Source: Succinivibrionaceae bacterium (lineage in GTDB: Bacteria; Pseudomonadota; Gammaproteobacteria; Enterobacterales; Succinivibrionaceae). Taken from it: a DNA stretch of 64,000 bases. Below, piece by piece: positions 19,151 through 29,042 of this stretch (its first letter is position 1; each line of letters starts with the position of its first letter). Made by a program: the position numbers and the translations under genes. The notes under the pieces are model-generated. The model made no database searches. It worked only from the letters and a program-made list of their open reading frames with translations, and was not told the DNA's origin. The stretch lies in assembly GCA_051892875.1 (NCBI GenBank), contig JBJFGR010000026.1:7982-71981 (forward strand). The letters run 5' to 3'.

Positions 19151-20938
19151 TTATTTATTTTTATAACGCAAATAACTGAATTCATCTTGGTAATATGCCA
19201 CTAAAATTATGTCGGGACTGTATTTTTTTATAGACTCTTCTAGTTCCTCAACATAACCATGTTGACCGCTACCACTAAAACCTCTTAATCTTAAAACGCT
19301 TTTAGATTTTGTAGCTAAAACCATGGATAAATTTTCAACAAAAGAATTGCCGACAACTGCAATTTTTGTATTATTGTCATTGATACATGAGTTTGTAAGT
19401 TCGTATCCATCCTCAATTTCTTCAATTGGTTTTCTAGCCGTGATGCATTTATCGTAATTCAGGGTTTTTGAATATATCTTATAAGGAGTTAAATTGAATA
19501 TATCGGATTCGTAATCTCTTGAATTTTCACCAAAGATGATGCCATATGTTTGGCCATAGAGTTTGCATGGTCTTCTAAATTCACCTGTTGCGCAATTTAT
19601 AATATTGCTTTCAGGTTCTTTATTGTTAAATGATAGATAATTATTGTCTATAAGATATTTTATAGTTAACCAGTGGGCATATTCAGTAGCATGATGTTCA
19701 TCTTTATAGTAAAGTAAATTTTCAGTATTGTTACTATTAACATTTTTTAATTCTTTTTCGAAAATTTCCGATACATCTATAGCCGTTAGTAATTCGCTGT
19801 TATTTAGTTCGTTAGCAATTAATTTTGTATCATTGTTAATAGTATTTCTAATGTTTATATCTTTGTAAATAACTGGCCCGTATGGGTAAACTAATACATA
19901 GAGTTTTTGATTAAACAGTTTAGATAATTTTTCTAAATTTTCTTTATTTCTATATACTAGATTTTCGTCAAAAGTTAAATCCATTTCGTAATTGTTATAG
20001 ATCCAATCTTTATTACGGACACAATTATTAGCTTGTAGTATTTTATTTATTCTTAATTTGATTTCATTATTTGTAAAAATAGCTTTTGATCGGCCGTTAA
20101 ATCGGTCATTGAACCAAGCTTCAAAATCTTTGCCGAAATTTTCATTAAAAGAACCGTTGCTAAATATTCCTTTAAAAGGTGCTAGTTTTCTTTTTTCTTG
20201 TAATGAAGTGTCAGATTTATCTATGTTCCATGAAGGATAAAACAAAGTAATTATTACCATGATTATAAAAGTTAAGTTTGCTGTACTTACACTTTGATAT
20301 AAACGTATATTTACAAGTATACGTAAAATCATATAAATAAGAGAAATAGTAATAAATAAAACTATAAATAAGGAGTAGTAATTTAGTTCTTCTTCAAATG
20401 TTGGGGTGATATTATTATTTAGTGTAAAATATGAATTTAGAGCAGGAGCTTTGAGAGTAAAGCGGTTTTCGCCAAAACGAAAACCTATAAATTCTAAATC
20501 ATTTAAAGATTTAAAATCTCCATCTTTTAGAGCAATAAGATTTGTTGAACCAATATTTAAATCTTTTATCAAAATGCGATTTGAAGTTTCATCTTTTTCT
20601 TTGTAACCTCTGTTTTCAGATAGAACAAATGTAAGATTATATAAGGTGGTCTCAGAATCCCCACTAGCTACCAAAGGAACTTTTATTTTTACATGAGTCC
20701 ACTCATTATTATTTGTATTTACTGAAGTTGATATAATATGACCACTATCTTTTATAGATTTTTCATTTGTGTCAGTATAGATCACTTTAAAGACATTTTC
20801 TTCGGTTAATGAAGTTTTTACTTTAAAGGATATGTAAGTAATAGGAGTTTTAAAATTACTTATATTTGTTGCAATAATGCATAATGATATTAATACAGAA
20901 ATAATTCCTATTATAATTTTTGAATTGCCACGATCCAT
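19151..20938 (-). CDS. Membrane-anchored AlgX/AlgJ/DHHW-like protein, putative partner of the adjacent MBOAT O-acyltransferase
   Basis: It has an N-terminal anchor and internal TM segments. The motif YYKDEHHATEYAHW resembles the D-x-H-W / DHHW motif of AlgJ/AlgX/DHHW proteins. It lies 12 nt downstream of the MBOAT gene. Confidence 0.5.
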   Translation of the reverse strand: MDRGNSKIIIGIISVLISLCIIATNISNFKTPITYISFKVKTSLTEENVFKVIYTDTNEKSIKDSGHIISTSVNTNNNEWTHVKIKVPLVASGDSETTLYNLTFVLSENRGYKEKDETSNRILIKDLNIGSTNLIALKDGDFKSLNDLEFIGFRFGENRFTLKAPALNSYFTLNNNITPTFEEELNYYSLFIVLFITISLIYMILRILVNIRLYQSVSTANLTFIIMVIITLFYPSWNIDKSDTSLQEKRKLAPFKGIFSNGSFNENFGKDFEAWFNDRFNGRSKAIFTNNEIKLRINKILQANNCVRNKDWIYNNYEMDLTFDENLVYRNKENLEKLSKLFNQKLYVLVYPYGPVIYKDINIRNTINNDTKLIANELNNSELLTAIDVSEIFEKELKNVNSNNTENLLYYKDEHHATEYAHWLTIKYLIDNNYLSFNNKEPESNIINCATGEFRRPCKLYGQTYGIIFGENSRDYESDIFNLTPYKIYSKTLNYDKCITARKPIEEIEDGYELTNSCINDNNTKIAVVGNSFVENLSMVLATKSKSVLRLRGFSGSGQHGYVEELEESIKKYSPDIILVAYYQDEFSYLRYKNK

Positions 20939-20950
20939 ACTATATCCTTA

Positions 20951-22372
20951 TTAAAATCTGAAATATATAAATGGATTATATGTACTTGTTGCAATGGTCA
21001 TTGCAGATAGTAACAGTAATATATAAATCCAAACATTAGATAACCAAAGTAAAACTTTATTTTGTTCTGTTTTTATTAGGAAATTTTTAAATATAGGTGT
21101 GCAACACATTAAAGCAATGATAAATGTTAATATTGGTAATACGTCTATATAGTATATAAGTTTATACACATCTTTTTCATGAGATATCAGCCCAAGCATA
21201 TTTTGTATATAAGTTAATGCATAATTTAAATCAGGAGATCTGAATAATACCCAACCAAAAATAAAAATTAAAATACAATAAAAATGGAGTAGAATATTTT
21301 TTAACAAAGAACGAGGAGTGTCTTTATTTAATCCGAAGAAACGCTCTATTATTACAAATAAACCATTCCATAATCCCCAAATTACAAAGTTCCAAGCAGC
21401 TCCATGCCAAACTCCTGTAGCTAAGAATACAATAAATAAGTTGCAGTAAGTTTTCTTTTCGCCTTTTTTATTACCTCCAAGAGGTATATAGAGATATTCT
21501 TTAAACCATGTAGATAATGATATGTGCCATCTTCTCCAAAATTCAGTTATAGTTTTTGAAATATAAGGATAATTAAAGTTTTCTTTAAATTTAAATCCAA
21601 AAATAGCACCTAAACCTATGGCCATATCTGAGTAACCAGAAAAGTCGAAGAATATTTGTATGGAATAGGCTATTGCGCCGATCCAAGCAACAGTTGGTGA
21701 AAATCCGTCAGCATTTTGAGAAAATATCTTGTCTGCTATTTCACCAGCAGTATTGGCAATAAGCATTTTTTTTGATAAACCAATAATAAATCTTTTTACA
21801 CCGTAAACAACATTTTTAAACTCTATGTGACGCTCATCAATTTGAGTATTTATATCGTGATATTTAACTATTGGACCTGCGATTAATTGTGGAAATAATG
21901 AAATAAATAGTGCTAACTTATAAATGTCTTTTTGAGGTTTGGTATCGCCACGATAAACATCTATCAGATAGGATATCGCTTGGAAAGTGTAGAATGAAAT
22001 ACCTATAGGCATCACTACTTTTATAAAATCGTAATTTGTGTGGAATAATTGATTGATGTTTTCACACAAAAAATTGAAGTATTTAAAATAACATAATACG
22101 CCTAAATTACATAATAGCGAACATGTCAGCATTATTAATTTAGTAGTTTTATTTTTAATGATTCCAATAATGTTTCCGAATAAATAACATATAACAATAG
22201 TTCCTAGCATTATTGCTAAATATTTTGGTTCTCCCCATGCATAAAATATAAGGCTTGCTGTTAGGAGAACAAAATTTCTCATTTCAGATCGAACAACGAG
22301 GTATATTGTTGAAACTATGGGTAAGAATACGAATATAAAGGTCATGGATGAAAATAGCATAATAAATACCAT
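20951..22372 (-). CDS. MBOAT-family membrane-bound O-acyltransferase (AlgI/DltB-like)
   Basis: Polytopic protein containing FWRRWHISLSTWFKEYLYIPLGGN and GVWHGAAWNF (conserved MBOAT His). The true start is probably the MLFSS Met, 12 nt inside the ORF. Confidence 0.85.
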   Translation of the reverse strand: MVFIMLFSSMTFIFVFLPIVSTIYLVVRSEMRNFVLLTASLIFYAWGEPKYLAIMLGTIVICYLFGNIIGIIKNKTTKLIMLTCSLLCNLGVLCYFKYFNFLCENINQLFHTNYDFIKVVMPIGISFYTFQAISYLIDVYRGDTKPQKDIYKLALFISLFPQLIAGPIVKYHDINTQIDERHIEFKNVVYGVKRFIIGLSKKMLIANTAGEIADKIFSQNADGFSPTVAWIGAIAYSIQIFFDFSGYSDMAIGLGAIFGFKFKENFNYPYISKTITEFWRRWHISLSTWFKEYLYIPLGGNKKGEKKTYCNLFIVFLATGVWHGAAWNFVIWGLWNGLFVIIERFFGLNKDTPRSLLKNILLHFYCILIFIFGWVLFRSPDLNYALTYIQNMLGLISHEKDVYKLIYYIDVLPILTFIIALMCCTPIFKNFLIKTEQNKVLLWLSNVWIYILLLLSAMTIATSTYNPFIYFRF

Positions 22373-22535
22373 ATCTATTTAGGACGTATAAAAATTCTAA
22401 CAAATAATACGAGATAATTGAATTTTTTAATTATGAAAATTTATTGAAAGTCAAATTTATCTTAAAACAGTATTTTTAACTCATATATCTTATATGTTAA
22501 AATAAGATGCTCTTATTAATTAAAGGATATTTATT

Positions 22536-23219
22536 GTGAATTTTTTAGATGATTATGAGTTTTCAACTGAGTTTTTAGAGAAAGATGGTATTAGTGCAAC
22601 TGTAGCGGATTTGTATGGTATAGTTTTGGGGTTAATATCTGGTGGTGTAAAACAAACGGACAAAGAGTTTTGGGCATACATTGAAGATTTAGAAAATAAT
22701 GGTGAAGAATTAAAGAGCAATTCAAAAGATTGGATTAAACAATTAGCAGATTATGTTACAAAACAACTACTTCAAGGTGAGGGAATAAAATTATTATTAC
22801 CAAAAGATGATAATTCTTTAGAAGTGAGAATAATTGCATTTACAGAACTTGTTAATTCATTTTTAGTAGGCTTTTCATGTAAACAAAAACTTCATCGTAG
22901 TTTAAGTCATGATATTCAAGAATTTCTAAGAGATTTATCAGATATAGGTAATATGGATACTTCTGTAGAAAATAGTGATGATTCAATGGAAGCAGATTAT
23001 GAAGTGTTGGTATCTCATGTCAGTGTAGGTGCTCAAATTTGTTTTGAGGAATGTGCATCTAGCCTTTATCCAAATGAAAAAGATTTTATATTATCTGAAA
23101 GTGATGAGGAAAGTAAACCTGTTGAATTATCAGATGAAAGAAAAACTGTACACGCTCTTGAATCTCAGTTTTGGGAAAAACAAGCTAAAATTGTTCCTAG
23201 TGAGAAAAGATTTGAATAG
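22536..23219 (+). CDS. UPF0149 (YgfB-like) family protein
   Basis: Layout resembles YgfB: ...ADLYGIVLGLISGG...W...; ...ELVNSFLVGF...; acidic C-terminal tail. The track uses a GTG start. Confidence 0.5.
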   Translation: MNFLDDYEFSTEFLEKDGISATVADLYGIVLGLISGGVKQTDKEFWAYIEDLENNGEELKSNSKDWIKQLADYVTKQLLQGEGIKLLLPKDDNSLEVRIIAFTELVNSFLVGFSCKQKLHRSLSHDIQEFLRDLSDIGNMDTSVENSDDSMEADYEVLVSHVSVGAQICFEECASSLYPNEKDFILSESDEESKPVELSDERKTVHALESQFWEKQAKIVPSEKRFE

Positions 23220-23337
23220 TAACATAGACATTTGATTCGATATTTATTGAAAATTAAAAAAAAAATCTCTAAAATGAATGAAAGTTCGAAAAAATTAGAT
23301 TTTTATCACAGATAATTTTGTAAACTAAGGATTAAAA

Positions 23338-24987
23338 ATGGCTTTAAATCCCAATGCTGGCAAATCTGCTAGATTAGAAGATCTTCCTAATATCCCTCGT
23401 TTAATGGCTGCTTATTATTTAAATAAGCCTGATATGTCTAAGCCAGAACAACGTGTTGCGTTTGGTACTTCTGGTCATCGTGGTAGTTCATTAACATCAG
23501 CTTTTACTGAATCTCATATTTTAGCCGTAAGTCAGGCAATTGCTGAATATAGAACAAAAGAAAATATAACTGGTCCTATTTTTGTGGGTATGGATACTCA
23601 TGCTTTATCTGAAGCAGCTTTAGCAACAGCTGTCGAAGTTTTAGCAGCAAACGGATGTGAAGTTCGTTTAGAAAAGGATTTTGGTTATACACCAACACCT
23701 GTTATTTCTCATACTATTTTGAGTTATAACAAAGGAAGAACATCAGACTTGGCTGATGGTATTGTTATTACTCCTTCTCATAATCCTCCAATTGATGGTG
23801 GTTTTAAGTATAATCCAACAAATGGTGGGCCTGCAGATACTGTTATTACCAAATGGGTTGAAAACAGAGCAAACGAAATTCTTGAAAATGGACTAAAAGA
23901 TGTACGTCGTGTAGCCTTTCAGGAAGCTATGAAGTTGTCAAATGTTCAGCAAATTGATATGAGAAAGCCATATGTTGATGATTTAGTAAATATCATAGAT
24001 GTTGAAGCTATCAAGAAGGCTGGTATAAAGATTGGGGTAGATCCTTTAGGTGGGTCTGGGGTTTATTATTGGGATTTAATTGCAAAAACTTATGATTTAG
24101 ACATTGAAGTTGTAAATTATAAAGTAGATCCTACATTTAGTTTTATGACTTTAGATCGTGATGGCAAGATTAGAATGGATTGTTCTAGTCCATACGCAAT
24201 GGCATCACTAATCAAATTAAAAGATAAGTTTGATATAGCTGTTGCGAATGATCCTGATTACGATCGTCATGGTATTGTTTGCAAGTCAGGTTTAATGAAT
24301 CCGAATCACTATCTTGCTGTAGCTATACAATATTTGTTTACTCATAGAGATGGTTGGTCAAAGACTGCTGCTGTAGGTAAGACTTTGGTATCTTCTTCAA
24401 TTATTGATCGTGTAGTAAAGAGTATCGGTAGAGAATTGAAAGAAGTTCCTGTAGGGTTTAAGTGGTTTGTTGATGGTTTGTATACAGGTACTTATGGTTT
24501 CGGCGGTGAAGAATCAGCTGGTGCTTCATTCTTACGTAAGAATGGTGAAGTTTGGACAACTGATAAAGATGGTATTATTCTTTGTTTGTTAGCTGCTGAA
24601 ATTTTGGCTGTAACAGGAAAAGATCCTCAGACACTTTATAACGAAATTAAAGAAAAGTTTGGTGATCCTATTTACAACCGTGTTGATGCACCTGCAAATA
24701 CTGCACAAAAAGCTGTTTTATCAAAATTAGATCCTTCTTTAGTAGAAGCTTCAACTTTAGCTGGTGAACCTATTATCGCTAAGTTAACAAAAGCTGAAGG
24801 TAATGGTGCCCCTATCGGTGGTCTAAAGGTGGTGACAGAAAATGGTTGGTTTGCTGCACGTCCTAGTGGTACAGAAGCTATTTATAAGATTTATATGGAA
24901 AGTTTTAAGAGTCAGGAACATTTAGCTCAGATTCAAAAAGAAGCTCAAGAAATAGTAAGTGCCGCTTTAGCAAAGGCTGGTGTTTAA
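23338..24987 (+). CDS. pgm: Phosphoglucomutase (alpha-D-glucose phosphate-specific)
   Basis: [10 protein letters not shown] (active-site Ser), [24 protein letters not shown] and [10 protein letters not shown]. Colinear with E. coli Pgm. Confidence 0.95.
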   Translation: MALNPNAGKSARLEDLPNIPRLMAAYYLNKPDMSKPEQRVAFGTSGHRGSSLTSAFTESHILAVSQAIAEYRTKENITGPIFVGMDTHALSEAALATAVEVLAANGCEVRLEKDFGYTPTPVISHTILSYNKGRTSDLADGIVITPSHNPPIDGGFKYNPTNGGPADTVITKWVENRANEILENGLKDVRRVAFQEAMKLSNVQQIDMRKPYVDDLVNIIDVEAIKKAGIKIGVDPLGGSGVYYWDLIAKTYDLDIEVVNYKVDPTFSFMTLDRDGKIRMDCSSPYAMASLIKLKDKFDIAVANDPDYDRHGIVCKSGLMNPNHYLAVAIQYLFTHRDGWSKTAAVGKTLVSSSIIDRVVKSIGRELKEVPVGFKWFVDGLYTGTYGFGGEESAGASFLRKNGEVWTTDKDGIILCLLAAEILAVTGKDPQTLYNEIKEKFGDPIYNRVDAPANTAQKAVLSKLDPSLVEASTLAGEPIIAKLTKAEGNGAPIGGLKVVTENGWFAARPSGTEAIYKIYMESFKSQEHLAQIQKEAQEIVSAALAKAGV

Positions 24988-25017
24988 AATTTTAATTTAA
25001 AATTTGTTTATATAAAT

Positions 25018-25063
25018 ATGCGATAGGAAAACGATAATATTTAGTATCCTATCGCATTTTTTT
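25018..25063. terminator. Hairpin terminator between convergent pgm and the lipoprotein gene
   Basis: 11-bp stem ATGCGATAGGA / TCCTATCGCAT with an 18-nt loop, followed by T6. It overlaps the stop of the minus-strand gene. Confidence 0.55.
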
Positions 25064-25943
25064 AATTGTTAAGACTACAAACTTCAGAATTTAAATTATA
25101 TTCAGTAATTTTATTTCCATCTTGGTTTAGATAAATAAATTTTATATTATCCATATACTTAATGTGTTCAGAATAACTTCCAGTTTCACACATTATTGGC
25201 GCTAATTCTTGAATATTTTGGGAAATTTCAGCAATTTTCTTTTCTTCAATTTGTTCTTTGTAGGTATAAGTATATTGAAGAGTACTTCCTGTTGCCCCAA
25301 GACTAATATCAGTAATTGAGATAATACTATTCTCTTTATTGATAGAATTCATGTTTTGAATTTCAGGAACTATGATTTGGTTTTGTATAAAATCTCTAGT
25401 GTATTTTCCTTCTTTTGTTAAATTGGTTTCTAAAGCTAATTTATGGCATATATTGTAATTAACCATGATAGAGTTAACAAAATTCCCATCTTTGTCCATC
25501 ATATCGTATTGCAAATACTCTAAATTTCTTAAGAAGTCTGTTCCAAAATAAGGTGAGCATAATTCTAATTGATTATGTTTTAATTCTTCAGCACTCATCT
25601 CTTTTTTTACAGGTGAATTAGTTCGCAGGTCTTTAAACACGTATACTAAGGATGAGCCATTACCTAATTTTAAATCAATAAATTCAAGCGGTATGTTATT
25701 ATTTTGAGACAAAGTTAATTTAGTTGCTTCTATCAAATTAGGTAAAAATCTTTCTAAATCAGCTCTAGGTGTATAGCTTGTATTAGGAATAGCTTGTGTT
25801 TCTTTAATTTGTTCTTTGTTAGCAGTGTTTTGTTTTTCAAGATTTGCATTTGTATCTTCCTGATTTTGAGGATTGCAACCTAAAAGTAGGAGAGTTCCAG
25901 CTAAGGTAAACATAGATATAGTGTTTTTTATATTAGTTTTCAA
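25062..25943 (-). CDS. Hypothetical lipoprotein
   Basis: Signal peptide plus lipobox LLLLGC. No recognised family. Confidence 0.55.
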   Translation of the reverse strand: MKTNIKNTISMFTLAGTLLLLGCNPQNQEDTNANLEKQNTANKEQIKETQAIPNTSYTPRADLERFLPNLIEATKLTLSQNNNIPLEFIDLKLGNGSSLVYVFKDLRTNSPVKKEMSAEELKHNQLELCSPYFGTDFLRNLEYLQYDMMDKDGNFVNSIMVNYNICHKLALETNLTKEGKYTRDFIQNQIIVPEIQNMNSINKENSIISITDISLGATGSTLQYTYTYKEQIEEKKIAEISQNIQELAPIMCETGSYSEHIKYMDNIKFIYLNQDGNKITEYNLNSEVCSLNN

Positions 25944-26083
25944 ATTACACTCCTTTCAAAAACTTTTTAATCAATAAATACTTTTTTTAAAAATAAGTAA
26001 ATTATCAAAAAAAATTACGACTAATACAAGATTGTTATAAAATTTTTGTTATCTATCAACAGAACTATTTATTTAAATATTCA

Positions 26084-26115
26084 TATTTTATAGTGATTTA
26101 AATCACTATAAAATA
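26084..26115. promoter_or_regulatory. Perfect 32-bp palindrome containing a CRP-like core AGTGA-N6-TCACT
   Basis: I paired 26084-26115 base by base (TATTTTATAGTGATTTAAATCACTATAAAATA) and found no mismatch. The core at 26092-26107 matches 8 of 10 bases of TGTGA-N6-TCACA. Confidence 0.4.
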
Positions 26116-26186
26116 ATAGACTTATTATTAATGATGAAAATTAAATTCTTTGTTAAGAAAATGATTAATTAATAATAATTAAAAAA

Positions 26187-26202
26187 TGTGAAAAAAATCA
26201 CT
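26187..26202. promoter_or_regulatory. CRP-like site TGTGA-AAAAAA-TCACT
   Basis: 9 of 10 half-site bases match the E. coli CRP consensus TGTGA-N6-TCACA. It lies about 240 nt upstream of the glgP ATG. Confidence 0.45.
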
Positions 26203-26309
26203 AAAAATTAATATACATACATTTTAAAATTAAATGTTTGTAAATTTTTAATTAAAAGTATGTTTAAAATTGGTTTACTTGTTTTTTAATGATATTTTTT
26301 ATGTTAAAA

Positions 26310-26323
26310 TTGATTTAAATCAA
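26310..26323. promoter_or_regulatory. Weaker palindrome TTGATTTAAATCAA sharing the TGATTTAAATCA core of the 32-bp palindrome
   Basis: Perfect 14-bp palindrome. The same 12-mer, TGATTTAAATCA, occurs at 26095-26106. Confidence 0.3.
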
Positions 26324-26434
26324 AATGTTAAAGTTTAGCTTTAGCTACTATGCTTATATAATTTCGACATGATATTTTTGGGAAATCATGTATTGGATTG
26401 GAGCTCGTTATCGAGTTATTAAGGAAAATAAATT

Positions 26435-28954
26435 ATGGCTAGAGAAAAAAAAGCTGGAAATATAGCTTCAAGTTCTTTTAACGCATCTACTCTAAATTAC
26501 ACTAAGGAAGATTTTAAGAGTAAGATCATTCACCACTTACATTCTACCTTAGGTACTAGCGAAAACAAAGCTTCAAAGCAAGCTTGGTGGAAAGCTACTT
26601 GTGCTGCTGTGAATGAATTAGTTTATGAACGTTTAACTCAGACACAACAGACTCATGCAAGTAAAGATACTCGTGCAGTTCATTATTTATCTGCTGAATT
26701 CTTGATGGGCCGTTTAACATCTAACAATTTACATAATTTGCATTTATTTAATGTTTGTGCTGAAGCATTAAAAGATTTAAATATAGATCTAACTGATTTA
26801 TGTGAAGAAGAACCAGATATGGCTCTTGGTAATGGTGGTTTAGGTCGTTTAGCTGCATGCTTTATAGATTCATTAGCTACACTAAATATGCCATCTTTAG
26901 GTTATGGTATTCACTACGAAAATGGTTTATTCCGTCAGGAAATTCGTGGTGGTCGTCAGATTGAACGTCCTGATTCATGGCGTGAATATGGTAATCCATG
27001 GGAAATTTGTCGCCCAGAATCTATTCAAGAAGTAGCTTTAGCTGGTTATGTTGAAACAGTATTCGAACCAAATGGTTCATTAAAGAAAGTATGGCACCCA
27101 GCTACAAAGATTAAAGGTGTGCCTTGGGATATCCCTGTAGTAGGTTATAATGGTACTACTGTAAATATTTTAAGATTATGGGAATCACGTGCTCCAGAAT
27201 CATTCGATTGGGATGTATTTAATGCAGGTGGATATGTTGACGCTCAAAAAGAAAAAGCAGAAGCAGAAACAGTTTCAAAGGTTTTATATCCAAACGATTC
27301 AACAGAAGCTGGTAAGCAGTTACGTTTAGTACAACAATATTTCTTCTGTGCTTGTTCATTAAAGGATATTTTACGTCGTTACAAGCGAGCTCATACTTTA
27401 GCAAATGGTACTGTTGATTATTCTGAGTTTGCCGATAAGATTGCTATTCAGTTAAACGATACTCATCCAACAATTTCTATTCCAGAATTAATGAGAATTT
27501 TTGTAGATGAAGAAGGTTTAGATTGGGATGTGGCATGGAATATTTGTTACAAAGTATTCTCATATACTAACCACACTTTATTACCTGAAGCTTTAGAAAA
27601 GTGGCCAGTGTACTTATTCGAAAGAGTATTACCTCGTCATTTAGAAATTATTTATGAAATTAATCGCAGATTCTTAGAAAATGAATGTGAAAAGGCATTC
27701 CCTGGTAATGATTTTATCAAGTCTAAGTTGTCTTTAATTGAAGAAGGTGATTGTCGTAAGGTTCGTATGGGTAACTTATGTGTAGTAGGTTCTCATAAGG
27801 TTAATGGTGTTGCTGCTATTCACTCAAAGCTTGTTAAAGAAGATTTATTCCCTGAATATGCTACGATTTGGCCTGAAAAGTTCTGTAATGTAACAAATGG
27901 TGTTACTCCACGTCGTTGGATGTTATCTTGTAACCCTGAATTAGCTAAGTTATATACTGATACTTTAGGTTCAGATAAGTGGATTACTCACTTAGATGAA
28001 TTAAAGAAGATTAAGGATAAGGCTTCTGATAGTAAGTTCCAAAAGAAGTTTATGGATATTAAGAAAGCTAATAAAGTTAAATTAGCTGCAGTTATCAAGG
28101 CTGAAACTGGTGTTGAAGTAGATCCAGAAGCTATCTTTGATATTCAAATTAAGCGTTTACACGAATACAAGAGACAGCAATTAAATCTTCTTTATATCAT
28201 TGCTTTATATCGACGTTTATTAGCAAATCCATCTTTAGATATACAAAAGCATGTATTTATCTTCGGTTCAAAGGCGGCTCCAGGCTATAAGTTGGCTAAG
28301 GATATTATTTATGCTATCAACAAGGTTGGTGAATGCATTAATAATGATGTTCGTATCAATGGTAAGATTAAGGTTGTTTTCATGCCTAATTACCGTGTAA
28401 GCTTAGCTGAAAAGTTAATCCCTGCTGCAGATGTTTCACAACAGATTTCTACTGCTGGTTACGAAGCGTCTGGTACAGGTAATATGAAGTTAGCTATGAA
28501 CGGTGCTATTACATTAGGTACAATGGATGGTGCTAATATCGAAATTGTTGAAGAAGCTGGTGCAGAAAATAATGCTATTTTCGGTTTATCTGTTGATGAA
28601 GTTAAGACATTAAAGGCTCAAGGTTACAATCCTTGGAATGTTTACAACAATGATCCTGAAATCAAGGCTGCTTTAGATACATTAGATACTGATTTATTTA
28701 CTCCAGGTCATCCAGGTGAATTATCATCAATTAAGCGTGCGTTACTAGATGGCGGTGATACTTATTTAGCATTAGCTGATTTCCGTTCATACTCTGATGC
28801 TCATGCAAGAATTGACCAGATGTATAGAAATAAATCAAGTTGGGCTAAGTCAGCGATTATCAATTCCGTAACGATGGGTAAGTTCAATTCAGACCGTTCA
28901 ATTCTAGATTATGTTGAACAAGTTTGGAATCTTGAAGCATGTGATGTTAAGTAA
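26435..28954 (+). CDS. glgP: Glycogen/maltodextrin phosphorylase
   Basis: 839 aa. Motifs are LGNGGLGRLAACF and EASGTGNMKLAMNGA (PLP lysine). Confidence 0.95.
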   Translation: MAREKKAGNIASSSFNASTLNYTKEDFKSKIIHHLHSTLGTSENKASKQAWWKATCAAVNELVYERLTQTQQTHASKDTRAVHYLSAEFLMGRLTSNNLHNLHLFNVCAEALKDLNIDLTDLCEEEPDMALGNGGLGRLAACFIDSLATLNMPSLGYGIHYENGLFRQEIRGGRQIERPDSWREYGNPWEICRPESIQEVALAGYVETVFEPNGSLKKVWHPATKIKGVPWDIPVVGYNGTTVNILRLWESRAPESFDWDVFNAGGYVDAQKEKAEAETVSKVLYPNDSTEAGKQLRLVQQYFFCACSLKDILRRYKRAHTLANGTVDYSEFADKIAIQLNDTHPTISIPELMRIFVDEEGLDWDVAWNICYKVFSYTNHTLLPEALEKWPVYLFERVLPRHLEIIYEINRRFLENECEKAFPGNDFIKSKLSLIEEGDCRKVRMGNLCVVGSHKVNGVAAIHSKLVKEDLFPEYATIWPEKFCNVTNGVTPRRWMLSCNPELAKLYTDTLGSDKWITHLDELKKIKDKASDSKFQKKFMDIKKANKVKLAAVIKAETGVEVDPEAIFDIQIKRLHEYKRQQLNLLYIIALYRRLLANPSLDIQKHVFIFGSKAAPGYKLAKDIIYAINKVGECINNDVRINGKIKVVFMPNYRVSLAEKLIPAADVSQQISTAGYEASGTGNMKLAMNGAITLGTMDGANIEIVEEAGAENNAIFGLSVDEVKTLKAQGYNPWNVYNNDPEIKAALDTLDTDLFTPGHPGELSSIKRALLDGGDTYLALADFRSYSDAHARIDQMYRNKSSWAKSAIINSVTMGKFNSDRSILDYVEQVWNLEACDVK

Positions 28955-28982
28955 TAACAATTACATTTAATTAATAACATTG

Positions 28983-29014
28983 AAGGAGTATCAATATGAT
29001 TGATACTCCTTTTT
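28983..29014 (+). terminator. Rho-independent terminator after glgP
   Basis: 13-bp perfect stem AAGGAGTATCAAT / ATTGATACTCCTT with a 3-nt loop, followed by a T-run. Confidence 0.8.
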
Positions 29015-29042
29015 GATAGTGAATTATTAAGTAGGTTTTTTT

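Noticed and set aside
26084-26115. The 32-bp perfect palindrome as a transcription terminator.
   Set aside because: It lies between two divergently transcribed genes (starts at 25943 on the minus strand and 26435 on the plus strand), so no upstream transcript needs terminating. The stem has only 2 G-C pairs out of 16. A protein-binding site is more plausible.
26282-26310. TTATGTTAAAAT resembles the XerD arm of the dif site (TTATGTTAAAT).
   Set aside because: The adjacent 17 nt do not match the dif central region or the XerC arm (GGTGCGCATAA-TGTATA). A 10/11 match of an A/T-only string is expected by chance in DNA this AT-rich.
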